A stretch of DNA of 64,000 nt from an uncultured Clostridia bacterium (lineage in GTDB: Bacteria > Bacillota > Clostridia > Christensenellales > Borkfalkiaceae), in assembly GCA_947570625.1 (NCBI GenBank), contig CANOUP010000003.1:19239-83238 (forward strand), written 5' to 3'. A program made the translations under genes and the position numbers. How positions within the stretch are numbered: the first letter of the stretch is position 1; each line of letters starts with the position of its first letter. Under the pieces are notes generated by a model, which was given only the letters and a program-made list of their open reading frames with translations, made no database searches and had not been told where the DNA came from. Below are positions 1 through 9,971 of the stretch, piece after piece.

Positions 1-780
1 AATATCGGAACGGCAAAACCAACTGTAAGCGAAATGAGGGGAGTTAAGCATCATCTTGTCGATATTGCCGAGCCGAATGAAAATTACAGCGTTTCGGATT
101 ATATGAACAGCGCGGAGCCCATAATCGAAAATTTGCTTGCCGATAATAAGACTCCAATAATATGCGGAGGAACGGGGTTTTATATAAATTCTCTGCTGTT
201 CGATTACAGCTACGGCAAAGTCGGCGCGGACAATGAGGTGCGGGTAAAGTACGACAGGCTTCTAAAAGAAAAGGGCAAAAGTTATCTGTACGATTTGCTT
301 AAAGAAAAGGATTTGCCTACGGCTGAAAAATTGCACGAAAACGATATTAAACGCGTAATCCGTGCATTGGAAATTTTCGATGTGAGCGGTAGAAGAAAAT
401 CCGACATCAACGATTGCGGTAAAGTTAAGCGGGAATACTGCGCGGTTGCGGTAAATTACCCGCGCGAAGAGCTGTACGAAAGAATAGATAGGCGCGTTGA
501 CCTTATGTTTGAGTGCGGACTTGTTGAAGAGGTTGAGCGGTTATTTAATAGCGGTATCGATGAAAATTGTCAATGTATGCAGGCAATAGGCTATAAAGAA
601 GTGCTTCAAAGTTTAAAAAATGAAGATTTGAAAAGTAATATGCGTGACATAATAAAGCAAAATACGCGCCGTTATGCAAAAAGGCAGATTACATTTTTCA
701 AAAAATTACCTAACCTTGTTTGGTTAAATCCCGATGAAGCTAACGCGGAAAATGTTTTGAGGCTGATGAATGAAGAGTGA
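1..780 (+). CDS. miaA: tRNA dimethylallyltransferase, 5' end outside the window
   Basis: Frame 1 is open from base 1 (NIGTAKPTVSEMRGVKHHLVDI...), matching the conserved MiaA DIGTAKPT / GVxHHLID region. The remainder is the 34..780 ORF. Confidence 0.9.
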   Translation, partial: NIGTAKPTVSEMRGVKHHLVDIAEPNENYSVSDYMNSAEPIIENLLADNKTPIICGGTGFYINSLLFDYSYGKVGADNEVRVKYDRLLKEKGKSYLYDLLKEKDLPTAEKLHENDIKRVIRALEIFDVSGRRKSDINDCGKVKREYCAVAVNYPREELYERIDRRVDLMFECGLVEEVERLFNSGIDENCQCMQAIGYKEVLQSLKNEDLKSNMRDIIKQNTRRYAKRQITFFKKLPNLVWLNPDEANAENVLRLMNEE

Positions 781-2005
781 ACAATTAATTGAAAAATGCG
801 AAAACAGTTTAAAGGATAAATTTAAACTCATAGACGAAATTGCCTATTATAACCAGATAAAGGTTATTAATGCTTTTAAAGAAAACAGTGTTGCGGTAAG
901 GCATTTTAACGGAACGACCGGTTACGGATACGACGACGAAGGGCGCGCCTGTCTGGGGAAATTATACGCTTGCGTTTTCGGCGCCGAAAGCGGTATAGTT
1001 TCTCCTCATATAGTTTCGGGGACACACGCGTTGACGGTCGCGCTATTCGGCCTGTTGCGCCCCGGTGACGAATTGCTATGTCTTAGCGGTATGCCTTACG
1101 ACACGTTGAAAGACGTGCTTTTGAAAGAAAACAGCGGTTCTTTAAAAGACTTCGGCATTGAATTTAAGTACTGTGATTTGAAAGACGGGAAATTCGATTT
1201 CGATAAAATAAAGAAAAGCTTTAACGAGAAAGTTAAAGTTGTGTATATCCAGCGTTCGCGCGGTTATGAACTCAGAGATGCATTTTCGTGCGAAGAAATA
1301 GGTTTTGCCTGTAAATTCGTAAGAGCGCTTGGATTTGAAGGCTGTATTTTCGTGGATAATTGTTACGGTGAATTTGCGGAGAAAACCGAGCCTTCGCAAT
1401 TCGGAGCCGATATAATCGTCGGGTCTTTAATAAAGAATCCCGGAGGAGGGCTTGCGCCTAACGGGGGGTATATCTGCGGTAAGGAAAAATACGTCGATTT
1501 AATAGGGAAAAGACTTACCGCGCCGTCAATCGGGCTTGAAGTCGGGTCCTATTCGGAAGGATACCGCAACTTTTATCAGGGGCTGTTTATGGCTCCGCAT
1601 ACGGTGGCGCAGGCGCTGAAAAGCAGTTTATTGATAGGCCGGGCTATGTCTGAACTGGGATATAAAAATTTTCCCGATTTGGATAAGATGCCTTATGATA
1701 TCACGAGAGCTATCGAATTCGGCGACGCGGAAAAAATGATTGATTTTATCAGGGAAATTCAGTATTCTTCGCCGATTGACGGTTTTGTTTGCTGTGAACC
1801 GTGGGAGATGCCGGGATACGAAGATAAAATAATTATGGCGGCGGGTACTTTTGTTTCGGGCGCTTCGATTGAACTGTCGGCGGACGGTCCCGTCAAACCG
1901 CCTTACGTAGCCTATTTTCAGGGCGCTTTGACTTACGAACACGGAAAATATGCGCTTTTGAGAATATTGAATAAGCTTTTAGGGGTGCGGTTAAAAACGG
2001 AATAA
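770..2005 (+). CDS. PLP-dependent methionine gamma-lyase-family protein (YnbB / aluminium-resistance-like)
   Basis: 411-aa ORF overlapping the miaA stop by 11 nt. The N-terminal pattern HFNGTTGYGYDDEGR and the position downstream of miaA are typical of the YnbB family (recalled, not searched). Confidence 0.7.
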   Translation: MKSEQLIEKCENSLKDKFKLIDEIAYYNQIKVINAFKENSVAVRHFNGTTGYGYDDEGRACLGKLYACVFGAESGIVSPHIVSGTHALTVALFGLLRPGDELLCLSGMPYDTLKDVLLKENSGSLKDFGIEFKYCDLKDGKFDFDKIKKSFNEKVKVVYIQRSRGYELRDAFSCEEIGFACKFVRALGFEGCIFVDNCYGEFAEKTEPSQFGADIIVGSLIKNPGGGLAPNGGYICGKEKYVDLIGKRLTAPSIGLEVGSYSEGYRNFYQGLFMAPHTVAQALKSSLLIGRAMSELGYKNFPDLDKMPYDITRAIEFGDAEKMIDFIREIQYSSPIDGFVCCEPWEMPGYEDKIIMAAGTFVSGASIELSADGPVKPPYVAYFQGALTYEHGKYALLRILNKLLGVRLKTE

Positions 2006-2033
2006 TCGAAGATATGAAAATGTTTGCATAAAT

Positions 2034-2066
2034 AAAACAGGACGGTTAATTTAACCGTCCTGTTTT
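2034..2066. terminator. Bidirectional intrinsic terminator between the ynbB-like gene and groEL
   Basis: Perfect hairpin aaaacaggacggttaa/ttaaccgtcctgtttt, with an A-run on the left and a T-run on the right. Confidence 0.8.
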
Positions 2067-2080
2067 ATTTATTTTATTGC

Positions 2081-3712
<1,632 letters not shown>

Positions 3713-3728
3713 TCAATATCTCCTTAAA

Positions 3729-4013
3729 TTATTCGACAATAGCCAGAATATCGCTCTGACGTATTATCGTGTATTCTTTATCGTCGACTTTAACTTCCGT
3801 TCCGCTGTATTTTGCAAGCAGAACTTTATCTCCGACTTTTACCTGCATTTTGATTTCTTTTTCGTCGACAGTGCCTCCGGGACCGACAGCTACGACAACG
3901 CATTCCGCGGGTTTTTCCTGCGACGCGGAAGTAAGGTATAAACCGCTCTTTGTCTTTTCTTCAGCTTTAAGTCCTTCTACGACAACCTTGTCGAATAAAG
4001 GTTTGATTTTCAT
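3729..4013 (-). CDS. groS: Co-chaperonin GroES
   Basis: 94 aa, MKIKPLFDKVVV...; lies immediately upstream of groEL on the minus strand. Confidence 0.97.
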   Translation of the reverse strand: MKIKPLFDKVVVEGLKAEEKTKSGLYLTSASQEKPAECVVVAVGPGGTVDEKEIKMQVKVGDKVLLAKYSGTEVKVDDKEYTIIRQSDILAIVE

Positions 4014-4158
4014 AGTAATTCCTCCGAAAATTTGTTACTTTTTAATACAGCTATTTTATAAACTTATCAAAATTAAATAAAACATAATATTGTAAAAAAT
4101 TGCTTTTTAAGAAAAATTATGTTACACTGTATTCAACAGTTTAAAGGGATACTTTTCT

Positions 4159-4611
4159 ATGGATAAATGGGATAAAAGATTTATGGATATGACTGTTCAA
4201 ATCGGCGAATGGTCAAGTTGTTATCAGCAGAATAGGCACGTGGGCGCGGTGATAGTCAAAAATAAGCGTATCATAGCCACGGGCTATAACGGTGCGCCTC
4301 AGGGCATTAAAAGCTGTGCCGATAAAAAAGAGTGCATGCGTAAACAGCAGAATATCGAAAGCGGAACAAGACACGAGCTCTGTTACGCCGTTCACGCCGA
4401 ACAGAACGCAATTATACAGGCGGCGAGAGTGGGGTGCAGTGTAGAAGGTTGTACGCTCTACTGTACTCACCAGCCCTGCGTTATATGCGCCAAAATAATA
4501 ATCAATTCGGGTATTGCCCGCGTGGTTTACAAGGAAGGTTACCCCGATGAGTTTTCTCTCAGGCTTTTTGAAGAAGCAGGCGTAAAACTCGAAAAATATT
4601 CGGAAGAGTAA
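4159..4611 (+). CDS. comEB: dCMP / cytidine-deoxycytidylate deaminase family protein (ComEB-like)
   Basis: Zinc-binding motifs HAEQNAI and PCVICAK; 150 aa. Confidence 0.85.
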   Translation: MDKWDKRFMDMTVQIGEWSSCYQQNRHVGAVIVKNKRIIATGYNGAPQGIKSCADKKECMRKQQNIESGTRHELCYAVHAEQNAIIQAARVGCSVEGCTLYCTHQPCVICAKIIINSGIARVVYKEGYPDEFSLRLFEEAGVKLEKYSEE

Positions 4612-4634
4612 TTAAAAAAATTATAGGAGAAGTT

Positions 4635-5156
4635 ATGAATAATCCTGTCGTCACGATAGAAATGCAAAACGGTAAAATTATCAAGGCGGAACTGTATCCC
4701 GATAAGGCGCCCAACACGGTAAATAATTTTATAAGCCTTATAAAAAGCGGATTTTACGACGAACTCACCTTTCACAGAATAGTGAAGGGGTTCGTAATAC
4801 AGGGCGGCGACCCTGCCGGTATGGGATACGGCGGTCCCGGATACTGCATTAAAGGCGAATTCAGTCAGAACGGATTTAAAGCCAACGATATAAAGCATGT
4901 GCGAGGAGTTCTTTCTATGGCGCGCAGTACTCCGTACGACAGCGCGGGTTCGCAGTTTTTTATTATGCACGAAAACTCTGCTTATCTTGACGGACAGTAC
5001 GCGGGTTTCGGCAAAGTTATCGAAGGTATGGAAGTCGTGGACGAAATTGCGTCGGTCAATGCGGACAGGCAAGGCTATCCTTCGGTTCCCCAGATAATGA
5101 AAAAAGTAACGGTTGAAACTTTCGGCGTCGATTATCCCCAACCTAAAAAATGCTGA
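4635..5156 (+). CDS. ppiB: Peptidyl-prolyl cis-trans isomerase, cyclophilin type
   Basis: FHRIVKGFVIQGGDP and SAGSQFFIMH cyclophilin signatures. Confidence 0.9.
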   Translation: MNNPVVTIEMQNGKIIKAELYPDKAPNTVNNFISLIKSGFYDELTFHRIVKGFVIQGGDPAGMGYGGPGYCIKGEFSQNGFKANDIKHVRGVLSMARSTPYDSAGSQFFIMHENSAYLDGQYAGFGKVIEGMEVVDEIASVNADRQGYPSVPQIMKKVTVETFGVDYPQPKKC

Positions 5157-5169
5157 TACGGAGAAAAAA

Positions 5170-6606
5170 ATGATTGATAATAACGTTTACCAGAATCCTT
5201 TGATTACAAGGTATGCAAGTAAAGCAATGTCGGAAAACTTTTCCGATAACAAAAGGTTTGCGCTCTGGCGTAAACTTTGGATAGCTCTTTCGGAATCCGA
5301 AAAGGAACTCGGTCTGAATATATCCCAATCGCAGATTGACGAGATGAAGAAGTATGCCGAGGATATTAATTTCGAGCTTGCCGAACAGTATGAAAGAGAA
5401 GTGCGCCACGATGTAATGGCGCACGTGAAAGCTTTCGGTGCACAGGCAAAATCGGCTATGCCGATAATTCATCTCGGAGCTACCAGCTGTTATGTCGATT
5501 GTAATTCGGAATTGATTATAATTGCCGACGCGTTGGAGATAATCAAGCAGAAACTTGTCAACGTAATAGATAAACTTCGCGCGTTCGCTCTTAAATATAA
5601 GGATTTGCCTGCGCTCGGATTTACGCACCTTCAACCCGCACAGCTTACAACCGTGGGAAAGAGGGCAACGCTTTGGTTACAGGATTTGGTTATGGATTAC
5701 CATAATCTTATCAACCTTCAAAATTCGTTTAAGCTTCGCGGGGTAAAGGGAACCACCGGCACGCAAGCGAGTTTTATGGAGCTGTTCGAAGGCGACGAGA
5801 AGAAGGTTAAAGAGCTTGAACGGCGCGTTGCGGAAAAGCTCGGCTATAATAAATGTTACGGCGTGACGGGGCAGACGTATCCGAGAAAATTCGATTATAA
5901 CGTCTTGTGCGTGTTGTCGCAGATTGCCCAAAGCGCTTATAAGTTTTCAAACGATATACGTATTTTGCAGAATATGAAAGAGATAGAAGAACCTTTCGAG
6001 AAATCTCAAATTGGATCTTCTGCAATGGCGTATAAGCGCAATCCCATGCGCAGTGAAAGAATAGGCTCTCTCGCAAGATTCGTTATTTCGCTTCCCGTTA
6101 ACAGCGCGGTTACGGCGGGCACCCAGTGGTTCGAGAGGACTCTCGACGATTCCGCAAACAGAAGAATAGTAAATGCACAGGCTTTCCTTGCTCTGGACGG
6201 AATACTGAATATTTATATGAACGTATCAGAAAATCTTGTGGTATACGAAAAAGTAATAGCAAAGCACATCACGGCGGAATTGCCCTTTATGGCTACAGAA
6301 AATATAATGATGGAATGCGTAAAGGCGGGAGGAAACAGGCAGGAACTGCACGAGAAAATCAGGGTGCTTTCTATGGAAGCAGGCAGAAATGTAAAAGAGC
6401 TGGGCAAAGAAAACAATCTTATTGATTTGATAAAAGCCGATGAAACTTTTAATGCAGTCTGCGATAAACTTGACGATATACTCGACGCAAAGAAATTTAT
6501 AGGACGCGCGCCTTCACAGGTAAAGGAATTTATCGAAAACGAGGTTCAGCCCGTTCTCGACGAAAATAAATCCGTACTCGGTCAAAAGGGCGACGTAAAA
6601 ATATAA
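5170..6606 (+). CDS. purB: Adenylosuccinate lyase
   Basis: MIDNNVYQNPLITRYASKAMSENFS..., GSSAMAYKRNPMRSE signature. Start set at ATG 5170 behind ggagaaaaaa rather than the overlapping 5113 start in the ORF track. Confidence 0.93.
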   Translation: MIDNNVYQNPLITRYASKAMSENFSDNKRFALWRKLWIALSESEKELGLNISQSQIDEMKKYAEDINFELAEQYEREVRHDVMAHVKAFGAQAKSAMPIIHLGATSCYVDCNSELIIIADALEIIKQKLVNVIDKLRAFALKYKDLPALGFTHLQPAQLTTVGKRATLWLQDLVMDYHNLINLQNSFKLRGVKGTTGTQASFMELFEGDEKKVKELERRVAEKLGYNKCYGVTGQTYPRKFDYNVLCVLSQIAQSAYKFSNDIRILQNMKEIEEPFEKSQIGSSAMAYKRNPMRSERIGSLARFVISLPVNSAVTAGTQWFERTLDDSANRRIVNAQAFLALDGILNIYMNVSENLVVYEKVIAKHITAELPFMATENIMMECVKAGGNRQELHEKIRVLSMEAGRNVKELGKENNLIDLIKADETFNAVCDKLDDILDAKKFIGRAPSQVKEFIENEVQPVLDENKSVLGQKGDVKI

Positions 6607-6624
6607 ATTTAAGAAAACAAAAAA

Positions 6625-6652
6625 ACAGTTTCGGAAACACCGGAACTGTTTG
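6625..6652 (+). terminator. Hairpin after purB, possible terminator with only a short U-tract
   Basis: 9-bp stem 6625-6633/6641-6649 (acagtttcg / cggaactgt, one G.U pair) followed by only ttt. The island-side repeat begins at 6651. Confidence 0.45.
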
Positions 6653-6667
6653 GCAGGGGAGACACGA
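6651..6667. repeat. Distal att-type direct repeat (copy of the tRNA-Trp 3' end)
   Basis: Exact 17/17 identity to 47567-47583. The next 7 nt match 4/7 (gccgaat versus ttcgaac). Confidence 0.7.
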
Positions 6668-6790
6668 GCCGAATTTTTGGCTAAAATTATGTAAAAACGC
6701 TTAAATTACCTTAAAAAATGGGTAAAAATAGCCCAAAATTGAAAAATAAAGGCTTATAAAAATCAAAATTTAAAAATTTTTTATAAATTT

Positions 6791-6813
6791 TAGTGACACT
6801 CTTGTGTTCACTA
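6791..6813. repeat. Inverted pair of TAGTG(A)ACAC motifs related to the repeats at 47463-47496
   Basis: tagtgacac (6791-6799) and the reverse complement of gtgttcacta (6804-6813). Compare tagtggacac x3 near tRNA-Trp. Confidence 0.4.
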
Positions 6814-7010
6814 TTTTTTTATAAATATTCAATTTTATTATGCAACAATTTAACTGGTTCCCATTGCGGAAATTAAAAAATATTTTGGATTTGAAAATAT
6901 GATAATTCTTTGTGTAAAATTGATTGGTGTGTATTATAATATAAATTGAAAATTATAGAGTAAATTTTATGTCGCAATGTAATGTAAAAATATTTTATAA
7001 GGAATGAAAT

Positions 7011-8699
7011 ATGAATATATTGGAATACACAAAGCAGGATTTATATGCTTTAATGCTTAACGACACTTATAACGATTTTTTTGGGGCAATAAACTTAAAA
7101 GTCGAATTTGATAATGCAGAAAAATACTTAGAATATTATGCGTACAAAGCAAACAAAATTGAGTGTTTGGATGATTTTATTGATTATTTGTTTTTGTGGA
7201 AACAGAGTTTATACATCAATGCACTACCATACATTAAAGATGAAAGAAAGAAGGAGTTTGAACAAGTATATAGACATTTTGAAGAATTGTTTGCTAATTA
7301 TAAAGTAAAAGATGTAATATCATTTGTAAATAATCATTATTTCGAGATATGTGCCAATCAGGTTATTGCATTTGTTTCGTTTTCATTTATAAGCAATAAA
7401 CAAAAAGGCATTGATAAGAGTGTTTTTATTGAGTATGCTCAAAAGCAACCGTATATTTGGTATAGAAATCTAAAAAATCAAATTAAGTATTTATTACTAA
7501 ATAAAGATATAGTTGAAATATTATTTTCACAAGCAAATTTTGATAAGTATATGCTCGGTATGTATGATTTGATGTTTGAGTGCTTATCGATTTTGGCTAA
7601 GTATCCAATTTTCAATTCAATTGTAGAGCAAAATATGCAACGAATTATTGATTTTATGGATTCTATGGAAAAAGAAATTCAACAGGAAAATATTTTTCAG
7701 CACTATTTTGTTTATGAAGATTTTTGTGAGTTTTTACATAAATCAAAACATCCAAAAGCAAATGATAAGATTACTAACTTAAAACAATATGCAATGCTTT
7801 TAGAAAAGGAAATAGCAGACAATGGTCATCATTTTTCGTTTGAAATCAAAGGCAAAGATATTGAAGCGCATATCGGTAAAGTTGAGCCACAGTATGAAAT
7901 TTTACAATTAACGCATACATTTGACAAAGAACAGGATTGTATTATGTCAGTTTTTGAAAATGTAATGAAAAATCAAAATGAACAATCTTCATTAGTTGAT
8001 GTATTTAGGAACAACATACCGCATAACGATTATTTTACGACGTCAAAAATTGAGAAACTTCAACAAACGGTTTCTATTTATATAATAGTGCTTAATCACT
8101 ACATAAGTAAACCCGAAAGACAAAAATTTGTATTTACTTATATTAAATCTGTGATAGGTAGTGTATGTAATAAATTAGGTATTGATTATTTGGAAAATGG
8201 ATTACCTAATGATATTGAAATCATAGAAGCGGCGTTTTATAATTCATTTGAAATTGTAAGTAAAAATCAGTCTCAAGAAAAACAGATAATCCTACAATTG
8301 CTGTGTTATTCTTTAATTTCTTATATTTGTTCTTTTATAGAGAAATTATTAAGAGAAGTATTTATTAAAGAAAATCAAGAGCAAATGTTTATAGATGTGA
8401 ATAGTTTGACGCTCGGAGATTTGCTAAATATAAATAATAAAGTAATGGTAGAAATCTTAGGTTATGAGCAAGTTCGCTGTTTAAGATATTTTTTGCATAT
8501 GGATAATAATGAAGTAGGCGAAAATATAAGGAATAGATTTGCTCATTTTAATGGAGTAACGCCAAAGGATTTTCAGCCCAATACCGTTATTAAAGTTTTA
8601 TGGTTATTGCTTGGTATTGTAAATTCGCTAACATTGCACTATTTAATGACATCGGAAAACTCGGAAAACGAGGAGAATAATACAAACGCAAAGGGTTAA
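7011..8699 (+). CDS. Large alpha-helical protein with a C-terminal HEPN-type Rx4H motif (DUF4209-like)
   Basis: 562 aa. IRNRFAH lies at aa 506-512 (RNRFAH codons 8529-8546), preceded by LTLGDLL...LRYFLH and followed by a hydrophobic helix. This is the pattern I recall for DUF4209/HEPN. The gene is very AT-rich. Confidence 0.6.
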   Translation: MNILEYTKQDLYALMLNDTYNDFFGAINLKVEFDNAEKYLEYYAYKANKIECLDDFIDYLFLWKQSLYINALPYIKDERKKEFEQVYRHFEELFANYKVKDVISFVNNHYFEICANQVIAFVSFSFISNKQKGIDKSVFIEYAQKQPYIWYRNLKNQIKYLLLNKDIVEILFSQANFDKYMLGMYDLMFECLSILAKYPIFNSIVEQNMQRIIDFMDSMEKEIQQENIFQHYFVYEDFCEFLHKSKHPKANDKITNLKQYAMLLEKEIADNGHHFSFEIKGKDIEAHIGKVEPQYEILQLTHTFDKEQDCIMSVFENVMKNQNEQSSLVDVFRNNIPHNDYFTTSKIEKLQQTVSIYIIVLNHYISKPERQKFVFTYIKSVIGSVCNKLGIDYLENGLPNDIEIIEAAFYNSFEIVSKNQSQEKQIILQLLCYSLISYICSFIEKLLREVFIKENQEQMFIDVNSLTLGDLLNINNKVMVEILGYEQVRCLRYFLHMDNNEVGENIRNRFAHFNGVTPKDFQPNTVIKVLWLLLGIVNSLTLHYLMTSENSENEENNTNAKG

Positions 8700-8702
8700 A
8701 TT

Positions 8703-9326
8703 ATGGCTAAATTTGTTACAAGAAACGAAAGAAAAATAGCAATCGCGCGGGCGACGAAAATAGTTCGTGCTGTACAAGAGTATCTTGCGCCGAACTATAA
8801 AATGAATCCGCGATTAGTTGGATCGGCAAGATATAACGCGGTTATTTGTGATGATAGCGGTGTGTATGATATGGACTATCAACTTGTTTTGACTAATAAT
8901 TGCAAGTGTGAGAAGTTCGACGCGGATGTGATTCGTAAAGACTTTTTTACGGCATTTAATGCTGTAAAAAATAAAAATGAAAAAGTGGAGAACTCTACTT
9001 CCGTAATAACTGTCAGAGTTTCAAACAATAGCGGGAAGTTTGATAGCGATAAGGAAATTTTCAGTTTTGATTTTGCAATAGTGATTGAAAATAATCAAGG
9101 CTCATTTATAACGCGGCGAAATGATGATAATCATTGTGTGTGGAATAAATTGCCGAGCAAGAATAGTTACATATACGAAACATATTTTTCGTTAGATTAC
9201 TCTGACCAAAAAACGATTATTGATCGTGTAGTAAATCGTAAAATTAAAGAAAAAGCAAAACCAAAAGATAAGCGCATTGCTTCATCTGTTATATTTATGG
9301 AAGAAGTAAATAAGTTTGGAGATTGA
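8703..9326 (+). CDS. Minimal Pol-beta-superfamily nucleotidyltransferase
   Basis: 207 aa. G40-S41 (from 8820), D56-M-D58 (8868-8876) and a later FSFDFAIV strand give the GS / DxD / D catalytic pattern. The start lies 3 nt after the upstream stop. Confidence 0.6.
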   Translation: MAKFVTRNERKIAIARATKIVRAVQEYLAPNYKMNPRLVGSARYNAVICDDSGVYDMDYQLVLTNNCKCEKFDADVIRKDFFTAFNAVKNKNEKVENSTSVITVRVSNNSGKFDSDKEIFSFDFAIVIENNQGSFITRRNDDNHCVWNKLPSKNSYIYETYFSLDYSDQKTIIDRVVNRKIKEKAKPKDKRIASSVIFMEEVNKFGD

Positions 9327-9328
9327 CT

Positions 9329-9730
9329 ATGACGCCCAAAAAATTATTATATGAGATGACCTATGTAAATGAAAAACAAAGGGCAGAAGCGGAAAAGTAC
9401 ATTGCCTTAAAAGGAATTGTACAATATCGACGTGTCATAGAGTTTTGTCGTTCTCAGGGCGAAATACCTACATACACAAAAGTATCTTCAATGTATCGCT
9501 ATGATAAACGATTGCGGGATACTTTATATATTTATCTTGCGACTGCCGAAGAATTTATGCGTGCTTGCATAGGAAATCAATTTGAAGATAACGAAAGCGG
9601 GTTAATGAAAACTTCAAAATTCATTGCGAAACAAAGACAATATCAATCTGTATCACTAACATTGGAACAATTGACATTGGGTGCTTTAATTGATATGGTT
9701 TTGAGCAAAGGCTTAGACAACAGTTATTAA
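9329..9730 (+). CDS. Abi_2 (AbiD/AbiF) N-terminal-like protein lacking the HEPN half, possibly a truncated gene
   Basis: YRRVIEF... and SSMYRYDKRLRDTLYIYLATAEEFMRACIG resemble the Abi_2 lY.fD.kLR..l...iE block. No RNxxAH motif follows. ATG 9329 is preferred to TTG 9323 (ggag at 9317-9320). Confidence 0.5.
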   Translation: MTPKKLLYEMTYVNEKQRAEAEKYIALKGIVQYRRVIEFCRSQGEIPTYTKVSSMYRYDKRLRDTLYIYLATAEEFMRACIGNQFEDNESGLMKTSKFIAKQRQYQSVSLTLEQLTLGALIDMVLSKGLDNSY

Positions 9731-9918
9731 AAGAGCCAATTTCAATAGGAAGAATGTCAGATATATCTCAAAAATTTGATAAGTATTGTTATGACGGTGT
9801 GAAAATTAAATTAAAGGCAGATATAGAAACGTATGAGTAGTCTTAAATCTATGCTATTCGTTCTAATTCTATCGTAGTGGCACAGCATGGCACATTTTTT
9901 GTGCGGTGGCACACGAAA

Positions 9919-9971
9919 TCCAACTGCTGAGCGGACTTGAACCGCCGACCTCATCCTTACCAAGGACGAAC
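9919..9971 (-). other. tRNA-like 3' fragment (variable-arm hairpin plus T-arm), probable relic att site
   Basis: The minus strand reads gttcgTCCTTggtAAGGAtgaggtcGGCGGTTCAAGTCCGCTcagcagt. It has a class-II-like variable arm and a GGTTCAAGTCC T-loop, but no 5' half or anticodon arm. Confidence 0.45.

Noticed and set aside
5113-5169. The upstream extension of purB given in the ORF track (start 5113).
   Set aside because: It overlaps the end of the cyclophilin gene. The residues MKLSASIIPNLKNADTEKK are not PurB-like, and ATG 5170 has a ggag-type RBS and begins the conserved N-terminus.
9919-9971. A possible functional tRNA gene on the minus strand.
   Set aside because: Only the variable arm and T-arm are present. 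The adjacent sequence cannot form D or anticodon arms, and the 3' end lacks a proper acceptor or CCA. It is kept only as a relic fragment.
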